A stretch of DNA of 63,945 nucleotides, counting the filler, from an uncultured bacterium (GTDB taxonomy: Bacteria > Auribacterota > CAZIXI01): assembly GCA_964543115.1 (NCBI GenBank). It is 3 parts of 3 records of this genome, joined end to end, with 100 filler letters (N's around TTAATTAATTAA, not from the genome) between each part and the next. Parts side by side here need not be neighbours in the genome. Positions count along the whole stretch, not along the records: positions 1 to 28,362 come from CAZIXI010000009.1; positions 28,463 to 56,475 come from CAZIXI010000010.1; 1 more part is not named here. One strand, written 5' to 3'. Of the stretch, positions 19,701 to 31,133 are shown piece by piece. How positions within the stretch are numbered: position 1 is the stretch's first letter; each line of letters opens with the position of its first letter. The notes under the pieces were generated by a model. It was not told the DNA's origin. It ran no database searches and saw nothing but the letters and a program-made list of their open reading frames with translations. The position numbers were made by a program, and so were the translations under genes.

Positions 19701-22700
19701 AGAAAAGAAAAAGGATATAGTGGTAATTGATGTTGCGGGAAGGAAATTGCGGTTTTATGGAAAATTGCTCAATGCCCTGGGAGGGCTAAAAGGAGAGTTA
19801 AGGGATGTTTTGGTTTGGTGTATCCGGAAGAATAAAATGGAGAATTTCTTTGCCGCAGTTAATTCTATAATAATAATTAACAATCTGCCTCAGGGCTTGA
19901 AAAGATTATTTAGCAATGAGGCAATAGCGAAAAAGGCATTATTGTGGAGCATGGTGCCGGAAAGCAACCGCCCTCAGGGAGATAAACAGACAAACAAGCT
20001 GGTCGATGGATTGAGTCTCTACGAGGAATTCCTTTTCACTGTTAATGATGATATAGATTTCAGCTTATATTGGCAATTTATCGAACAACTAATGGAGAAT
20101 GAACCAGAGCTGGCGGTGCTGCTATTCTGTGTCAGATTTGAACAGCTTTTAGACATCCAGATTATTGGCCGGCAGAGCCAACAATCACTTGTTAGAAATC
20201 GCCATGAGGAAATTACCCGTGTCTTTAAACCTTTATTCAGCAAGCATTTTGAAGTGGAATTGTCTATGGCTTGGTTGGACAGGATATTCCAAGCCGCCTT
20301 TCCCGCAATTTATGAAAAAGTAAAAGAGAAAAGAGACATTTATCTAAGAGAGGTAAAAACTGAATTAAATAAAAGATTTGGCTGCAAAGGAGAAGGGCAA
20401 TTAAAAAATGCGCTAAAAAGAATGATAATAAAAGGATTGGATCCTGGGATATTGAGAAAAATCAATTTAGTGGTTACCGCCAGGGAAAAAGGTATCTGGA
20501 GTCTTTTTGACAAGACCCAGAGATATGATCTGGGAATAGACAGCATAAAAGACCTCCTGGGTTTTCGGGTGCTTGTTTGTGATAAACCGGGCGCTGATAG
20601 ATTGACAGAAAAAGAAAAAATAGAGCTTTGTTATAAGATAATGGCAATTATAAACGAATTCGGTTTCCTTGATTACTTGGAAAACTACAGTAAAGATTAC
20701 ATAGAAAACCCTAAACGAAATGGCTATCAATCATTAAATACTAAATGGCTATGTGGAGAGTGGAGTTTTGAAATACAGATAAAAACAGCAGAGATGCACG
20801 AAGCAGCAGAAAAGGGCGCAGCAAAACATTCCCTCTACAAGCAGCTATCCGCTAAGGGTGACATTTTTCTTCCGGAAAGAACAATGGTGGTTGCCTATCA
20901 AGAGGTTATCGCTGGCCGGCAAATCAATTTATTATTGCGGCTTCCCCGGGATGCAAATCTGCTTGATTTATTGTCAATTCCGCAAATTGATTCTGTCTGG
21001 CGATTTGGCGATGACAGTAAAATTATCAGAAGAGCTCCTGGTTTAATTCAGATAAAACGTGTAGGTTTCGCAACGGTATTATCACCGGGCGATATCATTA
21101 CTGTTAAATTGGGAGAAAGAAGAAGAGAAGCAGTGAATCCTAGACACGCGGAAAATAGTAAACTATATCGCAGTCAGCTTTTGACAAAAACACTGCAAAC
21201 AGAAGAAGAATGGAGAGAGGGTCTAAAAATGCTGCTAATTGAAATAAAAGTTTTAGAAAAAGTACTTGCCGCAATTAATGACCAGAAAGAGTTATATGCA
21301 GGGCTGCTTAGAGGTTTAGGAGAAATATATGAAGGCTACGATTTCACAAAACTAGCTAGAATAGCTAATGAATTAATGTTTTTTAACGCGGAGGAATTAC
21401 TGACCGCGGTGTACTATGAGATATTGCCTGTGAAATCATTGCTGGCGGAGTTAAAAGTGCCGGTTGATGGCAGTTTATTTGAAATAGAGGAAGATGGAGA
21501 AACCCGTTCCGGTCCGCTGAAAAATATTGGGCCGGCATTGACACAAGCACAGATTGACAAGCTTAAAGTAAAAGAAGCCGCTTGGCGGAAACTGATTCCT
21601 GCCGAAGCGACAGAATACGAAATTGAGATAAATAAACGCGGGGGTGAGCCGGGAGAGAAGCAAACGGTAATAATTCCTGTTAAATTCATTCGGGTAACAA
21701 ATATACCCTCCGGTGTGAATGCCTGGTATTTTCGGGAAAACAAACGCAAAAAGAACAGTCAGTTAATAATTGTTGCCCGCAAGGCGCCGCAGAATATTTC
21801 CTATTTGCCTGAACTCATCTATCATGAAGCACGGGAAAGTCATTGGGCCAATGGGGGCCTACACAAACGGCGCAATGCCCACATCATTGCCTGTGCCGAG
21901 CAGGTGCTGGCTTTTCGGGAGGAAGGAAAACTGACTGCTTATCACGAACAGCAATTACTTGCTATGTCAATCGAAGGGCTAACGGAACTAATTGAAGAAT
22001 ATAGATCCTCCGCTAGGGAGCATCATCATACATTCTATCGTAGTTTCTTTAAGGGGGAAGAATGTGCCGTTCTTTTTGCTTATGAAGAATTGTTTTATCA
22101 AAGAGCCATGCTTATTCGTAATATCAAGAAAGCAGCTGCCCGCTGTTCTCTGTCTCCTGCTTTCAAAAAGAAAATCAGCCAAGCGATGAAATATTTACCC
22201 GAAGGCTTTAACAGCAGGGTAAGACAAATTGAGGGAAAACGGGTTTTTAGTCGTGATATAGAGAAAACACTCTGCACCTGGTTTAGTCTGTATTTTCTTG
22301 GCAAGGCTTTAGGGGTGAGTGTAGATACTTTAAAAAACAGAGTGGATAGGGGAGATATTAAGTCATTTGTCGTTTTTGGCGGTTTAATGTTGTTTCATCC
22401 GGTGAAAGCAATGTTGGAATATATGGATTTTGAAGCAAAAAGAGCAGCAATTGCTCCTGTTAGAGCCAATTGGTCAAAAATTGCAAAGGTGTTGGACAGT
22501 TATTCTCTGGCTGAATTGCGACGATTGTGGGAAGAGATTATGAGTATTGTCAGAACTGATGGCGGCGGTTATTTTCTTCATGAAGGCAGTCAAGAGTTGA
22601 GGGGAAGGATAAAGGATATTCTATTTGATTGGTGGTCACTCACAAAAGTTGCTGCTTCAGTAGGAAGTACATACAGCACTATTGATCTAAGAATGTCTGC

Positions 22701-25700
22701 GGGAGACATTCAGTCATATGTGTATGTCGGCAAATACCGGCTGCTGCATCCGCAAAAAGCCGCTGCCGAGTATCAAAGGTATCAGGAAAACAAAAACAGA
22801 ATTGCCGCCCGACGCTTGGCAGAAACAAAATTGAAGCAGGGGCTGGAGAGGCTTTCGGTCGCGGAACTTCAGGCTCTCTGGCAAAGGGTAAAAGAGATTG
22901 TTGGAAATATAGAAGACAGTGGGCAAGAGGCTGCAGAGGCAGGTGCGCTGAGGGAAGGATTGGGGGAGATTTTGGCAGATTGGGATAATGTTTATCAATT
23001 TGCTGCCGCTAAATTGGTGACGCCGGAAGCAATAAGAGCAAGAATAGCTACCGGAGATATTCGTTCATTTGTGGCTCTGGATAAATTTATTCTGCTGCAT
23101 CCGCAAAAAGCGCGGGCAGAATATTCTTCTTATCAGGCAGGAAAGGCAAAAATCAGAGCGAATAGGAATATCTGCGGGAAGATTGCAGCAGCGCTGGATA
23201 GTCTTTCGTTTAATGAATTAGAGAATTTATGGTTAAAAGTTACAGAACTTGAGGCAATAACCTCCGGAGAAGATCCAGACGTAGAAGATGAGGAATCATT
23301 GAGGGCTGGATTGCAGGATGTGTTGTCCAAATGGTACACAATCCCGCAGCTGGCAGAAGATCTTGGTGTCGGCTCATTGTCTATAAGGCTAAGAATAGAT
23401 GCTGGGGATATTTGCTCATTCATTCAAATTGGTGATTTTACCCTTTTACCAAAGGAAAAGGCCGGCAATGAATACAAGCTTTATCAAGCCAATAAAAGTA
23501 AGATAGTTGCCAGTCGTTTAATCGAAACAAGAGTAAAAAAACATTTAGCTGATTGTTCGTCGGCTGATCTTGTTGCGCTATGGAAAGAAGTAAACGCAAT
23601 TGAAGGAGTAGACAAAGAAATGGACCTGGAAGATGAAGGGCAAGCTAGGGAAGCACTAATGGAAATTTTGATTAATTGGTGTTCGGTGCCGATGTGTGCT
23701 GCAGAACTATCCATAAACAAGGTTGTAATACAAAGAAGAATAAAAAGCGGTGATATAAAATCCTGTGTTCAAATAGGTAAACATTTTCTGTTGCATCCGG
23801 AAAAGGCGCCGGCAGAGTATAAGGTCTATCAGGTAAATAGAGATGCTTTAAAGATCAAGCGGAACAACGAAAAGGCAATTATGCGTGCCTTAGCGGGATA
23901 TGGTTTATCATCATTGCAGGCACTATGGGCTGAAATAAAACAAATAGGAGAAATTGAGAATGATGCAGAATTCAATGATAAAGAGGGATTAGTGGATGCA
24001 ATCAAGGATACATTGCTCGCCTGGCACACTCCCCGGCAAGTAGCCAGGGAGTTAGGGTTAAGCTTTGAGGGGTTTCGCGGGCGGGTGCTGGCCGGGGACA
24101 TACAATCATATGTAACGGTGGGTACTTACAAATATTATCATCCGGTAAAAGCGGCCGCTGAGTACCGGGCCTACGCGGTCAGCACCGGCAGGAGTAAATA
24201 CAGAAAAGGACGTGCCGATGGGGACACGGAAGGCGCCTTAAAGAACATTGGCGCCAGATTAACAGAGAAACAAATGACCGTATTAAAGAAAAGGGAAGCG
24301 AAATGGCGCAGACGTGTTCCGCAGCGGACAGAAGAATATCCAATTGAAATTAATCTAGAGAATGGTACGGAAGAGTCGGAGGCCACCTTGATTTTTCGGG
24401 GAAAAATAATTGTTGAGAGACATCTGTACTACTGTGTGGATTCCTGGAGTTTTCGTGAAGCGGAAAATGACCAGGGAAGCCCAATTGTAGTGGTTTTAAG
24501 GAAAACGCCAAAATTTACTCCCCATCTATCAGAAATGTTGTTTCATGAAATGCGGGAACAGTATTGGCTGGCAAACGGTATCAAGAAACAGTGCGTTGCC
24601 CATATCTTGACCTCAGCAGAACAGATTATTGCCTTTAAGCGATCGGGCCGCCTGACCGCTTATCATGAAGAAAAATTGACAGAAATGAATATCGATGATC
24701 TCAGTTATCTTATTGAGGAGTATCGGTCCCGGGAGAGGGAAAATTATCACCACAAATTATATGAGAATTTTTTTACTGTTGCTGAGGTTGAGGAGCTGTT
24801 GGCGTATGAACGTTTATTCTATCAACGGGCCGTGAGGCTAAGAAATATCAGGCAGGCAGTTTTAAGACAGAAAAAGACAACTCGGGATCAAAAAACACTG
24901 ACAACTTCTGCTGATAAAATCAGTGATGATGCGGCAGCAAAGGTACGGGCAATTGAAAAAAGCCGGTTAAGTACTTATCTCATGCCCGCTATTTTGCAGA
25001 ATTGGTTTACGCTGAGAATGATGGCAGCGGCCTTGGGCGTGGGAGTTAATACCTTGAAGTCTAGGGCTGCTGCTGGTGATATTAGTTCATTCATTGAGAT
25101 AAACAGTACGATTATCTTTCACCCGGTTAAGGCTATGCTGGAATATCTTGATTATGAAGACAGAAAAAAAGAAATAAAAGAAGAAAGAAGGTTGAGAACC
25201 CATATCAAAAAAGCACTAACTAATCTATCAGCGGGGAAAATCAGGATTTTAGTAAGGGAAGTATGCAGTATTGATGATGATTTAGGCGTGAAAGATTTCC
25301 CCGGTTCACTAAAGGATAAAAAAGAAAAACTAACGGAGATCCTGGTTGGTTGGCAGAGGATTTACCGCTTGGCCAGAAACTTGGGTGTTCAGCAGGATTC
25401 ACTGCTAGCCAGGGTGGAGGCAGGAGACATTACCTCATTTGTGCGGGTGGGGAATACAGTAATTTTGCATCCGGGAAAAGCAGCGGCGGAATACAATGAC
25501 TACTTGGAGAATAGAGCTGACATTATGGCCGAGAGAATGAGGAGAACAACTCTACTAAATGCCTTAGCTGCACTCGAACATTTTGGGCTTGAAAGGCTTA
25601 TGGCTGCTGTTGTTGAAATTGATCCGGATACAGCTAGAAATGAGCAGGAAAATCTTGCAGCAGAAGTGCTTAGGCAAAATTTGTTCGGCATTCTCTCTGG

Positions 25701-28362
25701 CTGGCAAAAAACACCGCAATTTGCCGCTGCTGTTGGTTTCAGCAGCAATGCCATCAACAGAATGATTCAACGGAATGATATTGCTTCGTTTGTTGTTGTT
25801 GGCGGCAGCTATTATCTGCATCCGCAAAGGGCCCTGGCTGATTATTACAGCTATCAAGCAGAAAAAGACAAGTTGCGCGCCCAAAGGGCATTAAGGACAA
25901 AATTAATGACAGAGCTGCAAGGCTACAATAATGAAGAATTAATGGGTCTATGGCAAGAAATTAGTACACTGGCAGAAATTTCAGAAGAAAATAATCCTGA
26001 AATTGATAGTGAGGCATTAAAAGAGAAGATATTAGAGGTTTTGGGGCAATGGCCCACTGCCTTCCAGGCGGCAGAGATTTGGGGTATAGGCTATGATACA
26101 GTCTGCGAAAGAATGAGCAAGGGAGACATTGCCTCCTATATTACAATTGGGATATACAGAATACTTCATCCGCAAAAAGCGCTGGCTGAATATAATGAAT
26201 ATCTAGCAAGACAGTCAGAGTTAATGCCAATGAGGCTGAGAGAAACTATCATTGTTGAGGAATTAGAACGATTGGCGCTGGCGGATTTAAGGCCTTTATG
26301 GGAAAAGGTAAAAGAGATTACCGGAGCAGAAGAAGACGAAATAATTGCCGCCGAAGATGAAGCTGAACAATTAAGAATCTGCCTGCAGAGACATCTTCGG
26401 TCCTGGTTGCGTGTGTCGGCATTTGCCGAAAGGTTGGCTGCGGGAACTGATGCTGTTTTTTATCGGATCCGAAAAAATGATATTACGGCTTATGTCAGAA
26501 TTGCCGGACTTATTTTGCTTCATCCGGAAAAAGCAAAAACCGAATATATTCGCTCTCAGCAGGAAAAAACCACCGTTATGATGGAACGTTTTCGAGAAAC
26601 AGTATTAAGGAGGGGTTTAGCAGCCCTTGCTTATACAGATTTAAGAAATTTATTCTCAGCGGTATTGGGAATTGATGCAGGTATAGCCGAAAACAGTCAA
26701 AAGGATGTTTCTGAAGGCGTACTCAAAGATAGATTATATGAAATTATTTCCAGTTGGCAGACAATACCGCAATTTGCCCCTGTTGTAGGTTTAACTGACG
26801 GTGCTGTTCATAAAATAGCGCAAAGAAGAGATATTGCCTCATATGTTGAAGTTGGCGGTATATATTATCTGCATCCGGAAAAGGCCTTAGTTGATTACCG
26901 TAATTATCAAGCAGAGAGTAAATTATTACGTGCCCAACGGGCATTAGTTTCGAAGGTAATGTCAGAACTGAAAAAGTACGATTTTACGGGATTAAGGGAT
27001 TTATGGCAAAAAATCAGTTTACTTGCGGAACTGCCTGCAGAAGAAGATTCTTCCGCCCTCAGTGATGAAGATTTAAAAAAACGAATTGCCAGTGTCCTAA
27101 TTAGGTGGCAAACCATTAACCAGGCAAGAAAGGCCTGGAAGCTTAGCTATGATGCAATAGCAGAAAGGATTACAAAGGGTGATATTGCTTCCTGTGTTAC
27201 CGTCGGCAAGTATAAATTTCTCCATCCCAAAAAGGCCTGGGCTGAATATGAAGAATCATTTTCTCGCCAAGCAGAGTTAGCAGCGGCCAGGGCGCTAAGG
27301 AATAAAATAATTAGGGGATTAGAACAATTGACACTATCAGAACTGCGATCATTATGGGAGAAAGTAAGTGAAATTGAAGAAGCAGAAGAGACTTTAGTTG
27401 CGAGCAAAGATGAGGCAAAACAACTGCGGTCATGGCTGCAGAAATATCTATTTTCCTGGTTGCGAGTTCCGGCAATTGCCAAAAAATTGGGTGTGAGCAG
27501 AGAGGCTGTTCTTAAGCAGGCACGCAATAATCATATTAAGTCTTGTGTAAAAATTGACGGGGTTATTTTATTGCATCCGGAAAGGGCGGTAGCCGACTAC
27601 CATATTTACCGGCAAGACAGGGATAGAATTGTGAGAGAAACAGCTGCCCGCGGTCGGCTAAGTAAGGCATTGGCAAATCAATCTCTAGAGGAATTAAGGG
27701 CTAGTTGGCAGAGTGTGCAAGATATTATGGGGTTAGAGGATTCGGCAATTGCGCTTGGTCAAGGTGAACTTAAAGAAAAGTTAATACAAACTCTTATGCG
27801 TTGGGAAACTATTCCGCAGACAGCGAAGAGACTGGGAATAACAAAACAGGGTTTGAGAAGAATATTCCATAATGGTTACTTGAAGTCTTATGTAAAAATA
27901 GGCCGATTGGTGTATTTGTATGCGGATAAGGTAATTGAGGAATACCAAGTGTATCAAGCGGGACGTGCGCAATCAGCCGCAGCAAGTAAGGGTGTGCTTT
28001 GGTGGAGTTATGGGTTAATCAAGTCTTTTGAAATATTTGTAGGCAGTTTGGTTTCTCCGGAGACAGATAAAGGAATAGTTGGTGAGGAAATAGATAAAGA
28101 ATGGAAGGACAGCATTGAAAATTGGTCCGCACCAATACTGGAAGAGGTGGTATTAATCAGCTTTTTTCTGGCGGGAGATCTGCTGGGAGCGGGCTGGTGG
28201 GTATATTTAGCGGCGCGAATCATCTTTGTCTTTTGGCATGCCTGGCAGGTAAGAGATGAAATTATGTCTGCCGAAAGTGTGTTGCAAGGCTTGATGAATT
28301 TTATTAAAACAGTATTTGTTCCAGCAATGATCTCAGTCGCTTCTCTTTGTGCCGGAGGTAAT
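16720..28362 (+). CDS. Giant modular exported/membrane protein G3 (about 3880 aa visible, 3'-truncated by gap): three HExxE domains, M50-like protease, RelA/SpoT synthetase + TGS-like, 15 HTH repeats, CPBP-like TM region
   Basis: 11.6-kb open frame running into Ns; signal FITVLTAAALLCQNIAWA; motifs YHEDRE/YHEARE/FHEMRE, THEFFGH, REK..SLFDK/DLLGFR/KDYIENPKRNGYQSLNT/EIQIKT, GDI.S...HPxKA repeats, APILEE...FWH. Confidence 0.85.
22270..27960 (+). repeat. Array of 15 excisionase/MerR-like HTH-containing repeats (6 + 9) with 345-354 bp period
   Basis: Conserved His codon of HPxKA at 22396, 22747, 23098, 23794, 24139, 25120, 25468, 25819, 26167, 26521, 26872, 27223, 27574 (two further copies lack the His). 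Confidence 0.85.
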
Positions 28363-28462
28363 NNNNNNNNNNNNNNNNNNNNNNNNNNNNNNNNNNNNNN
28401 NNNNNNTTAATTAATTAANNNNNNNNNNNNNNNNNNNNNNNNNNNNNNNNNNNNNNNNNNNN
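28363..28462. other. Artificial contig-join spacer (N44-TTAATTAATTAA-N44)
   Basis: Six-frame stop linker inside N runs, exactly 100 nt, identical to 56476-56575. Confidence 0.97.
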
Positions 28463-30828
28463 TCTCGCACCAGCCGGCGGGAAATATTTATCATGGCAAT
28501 TTTTATTATGTCCGCTGCCGCGCCCTGAATCGGGGTATTAATGGCGGCCCGTTCGCCAAAGGCCTGTTCCTGCGGCCGGGAACTGACCAGTTCGGGAAGC
28601 CATCTTTTTCTGCCAAACATACTCCTTACATAACCGTAGATCTTGGCCTCAGCCAGTGTATCGTTGATAAAGGAGGCTACCCCGGAATAGCGCTTGAAAT
28701 AGGCGTCGATAAAGGCCTGCGCGTCTTTTACCCCTAAATCAAGTGAACGGGCCAGGCCCTTGGCACCCATTCCGTAAACGATGCCAAAATTGATCATTTT
28801 GGCCTGCCGGCGCGTCTCCGGATTGACTTCAGCAAAAACATTCTGCGCGGTGGCTGAATGAATATCTTCGTTATTTTTAAAGGCCGCAATTAGTTTTTTA
28901 TCGCCGCTCAAATGGGCCAGGATCCGCAGCTCTATCTGTGAATAATCCGCTCCTAAAAACGACCATTCTTCCCGTCCGGGAATAAAAGCCTTACGCACAC
29001 GGCGGCCAAGCTCTGTTTTGATGGGGATATTCTGCAAATTAGGCTCGGAGGAACTTAATCTGCCGGTGGCGGTACCCAGCTGGTTAAAGGTGGTGTGTAA
29101 TCTTTGCTGCGCGTCTATCTGCTGCGGTAACGGATCAAGATAGGTACTTTTCAGCTTGCTCAGCTGGCGGTACTCGAGGATATGGCCGGGAAGCGGATGG
29201 CTTTTCTTTAAGCCGGCCAGCACTTCCATATCGGTTGAATAACCGGTTTTGGTCTTTTTGCCCTTGGGCAGCCCCAACTTTGTAAACAGGAGTTTTTCCA
29301 GGTGTTTATGGGAATTAATATTAAATTCTTCTCCGGCTTCCTGATAAATTTTTGCGGTAAGCCCTTTTATTTCTTCGCCCAGCTCGGCGGAAAGGCTCTT
29401 CAGCGATTCTACGTCTATTTTTATTCCGGTTTTTTCCATTTCCGCTAGCACACCGACTAAAGGCAACTCCACCCGGCGGTAGACATCAAACAATCTCTTC
29501 TTGATTAATTCCTGTTCCAGAACCGCTACCAGCTTGTAATTAAGCTTTGCCTCTTCGGCCAGTTCGTTTCCGGAGGCAATCTCTGTGGTCTCGCCAAGAT
29601 ATTTAAAACTCAGTGAGGATAATTCATAATCTCCGGCGGCAGGATCAAGTAAATAGGCGGCCAGGGAGGTGTCGAAACATGTGGCCTTTACCGGGCAGAC
29701 TTTCAGCACGTCTTTTAGGTTATGCCCGTAAACGGTCATTGATTCATTGTCCAGCAATTCGGCGATCCCCTGCCAGAACTCCGTCAGGAGATCTTCCCGA
29801 ACGGTAATGGCCGCGCCTTCCAGCTGACCGTCTTTTTCGTAGGCCAGTGCCGGCTGCCCGTCGCGGATAAGGATACTGAACCGATTTGCCCCTTTCAGTT
29901 CGTTAAGCACTTTCTGCCACTCTTGCCCGTCAGAAATATTCTGGCCGGGATTGTCCGCCGGCAGTTCCTTGGGTCTTTTATCATGAAGTGTTTTCAACAG
30001 GCCCTTAAACTCCAGTTCCCGGTAGATATCCTTTAACATCTCTGTTTGCGGTTCCTTTACCTGACATTCTCCGGGACTGACGGTCAGCGTCACATCCCGT
30101 TTAATGGTAACTAATTCCAAATTCTGCTGCAGTTGTTCCTGCCTTTCTTTAACGGCATTTTTAAGTTTTTCTTTTTTGATGGTATCGGCCTTGGAAATTA
30201 AGGTTGATACACTGCCGTAGTCTTTAATTAATTTAGCGCCGGTTTTCTCGCCTACCCCGCTCAATCCCTTGATATTATCCGAACTGTCACCGACTATGGC
30301 CAGCAAATCGGGAATCTGTTCCGGGGTCACTCCGTAGCGCTCAAGCACTTTTTCTTTGTCGTAGGCAACATCCTCTTTTCCCGGCCGGATGATCCTGATA
30401 TTGGCATTTACCAGCTGCAATAAATCTTTGTCGTTACTGACTACCCGGACCTGATACCCGTCTTTCTCTCCCTGAACGGCCAGTGTGGCCAGGATGTCAT
30501 CTGCCTCAAAACCATCCTGTTCCAACAGCGGAACATTATAGGCATTGACCACTTTTTTTATCCAGGGCATCTGACTGACCAATTCATCGGGCATGGGTTT
30601 ACGGTGCGCTTTATAATCTTTGTACTGTTCATGCCGGAAGGTTGCCGCTCCCGTATCAAAAACAACCGCCAGATGTGTCGGCTGATAGACATCCCGCAGT
30701 TTCTGCAACATTTTAATGAAACCATAAACCGCGTTGGTGGGCTGACCGGCACTAGTACGCAAATTACCAATCGCGTAAAACGCCCGATAAGCAAACGCCG
30801 AACCATCAATTAGAAATAATGTTTTCAT
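28463..30828 (-). CDS. polA: DNA polymerase I (3'-truncated by gap)
   Basis: LIDGSAFAYRAFYA 5'-3' exonuclease; TATGRLSSSEPNLQNIP; ADYSQIELRILAH; AKMINFGIVYG; AINTPIQGAAADIIK. Confidence 0.97.
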
Positions 30829-30887
30829 ATATAATAACTCGCTACGCTCGTGAGTTTTAAATTATAAATTCAAATAGCTTTCTTAAC

Positions 30888-30935
30888 GCAGTCTATGCCC
30901 ATTCCTATAATAGCAGCCCCAGGCGGAGCTTGGGG
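30888..30935 (+). repeat. 48-bp hairpin-ended element, copy A (inverted copy at 44218-44265)
   Basis: gcagtctatgcccattcctataatagcagccccaggcggagcttgggg; 42/48 identical by eye to the reverse complement of 44218-44265. Confidence 0.7.
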
Positions 30936-31020
30936 CAGAGACGCAAAGTACGCAGAGTTACGCAGAGTTTTTTTATAATTTAAACTGCCTTTTCTCTGCG
31001 TCCTCAGCGAACTCTGCGTT
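30935..31020. repeat. CGCAGAG-type short tandem/inverted intergenic repeat element
   Basis: gcagagacgcaaagtacgcagagttacgcagag ... ctctgcgtcctcagcgaactctgcg. Confidence 0.65.
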
Positions 31021-31133
31021 GATGATTTTTTTTCAGCAGTAAATACTTGTCTCTTAAAGCGGGACTGTCTCAATGTATCTTAGCAACTGAAAAATTTTGT
31101 TGGCAGAATAACTGCAGTATTTACCCAGTAAAG

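Noticed and set aside
7670..27960. Periodic DNA repeats (DAHDAG copies, 120-bp and 351-bp units) as a CRISPR array
   Set aside because: All are in-frame, vary at synonymous sites, lack the repeat-spacer geometry, and no cas genes are present.
22270..27960. HTH repeats as prophage excisionases or IS remnants
   Set aside because: They are fused in one intact frame with regular spacers; no integrase, transposase or phage genes nearby.
28407..28418. TTAATTAATTAA palindrome (also 56520-56531) as a biological site
   Set aside because: Sits centred in N runs, identical twice, and encodes stops in all six frames: a scaffolding linker.
28411..28462. ORF-track ends of G3 (28410) and polA (28411) as real stops
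   Set aside because: The stops come from the artificial linker; both genes are truncated.
30870..31073. 67-aa ORF between the secretin and polA
   Set aside because: Composed of intergenic palindromic repeat elements; no RBS or domain.
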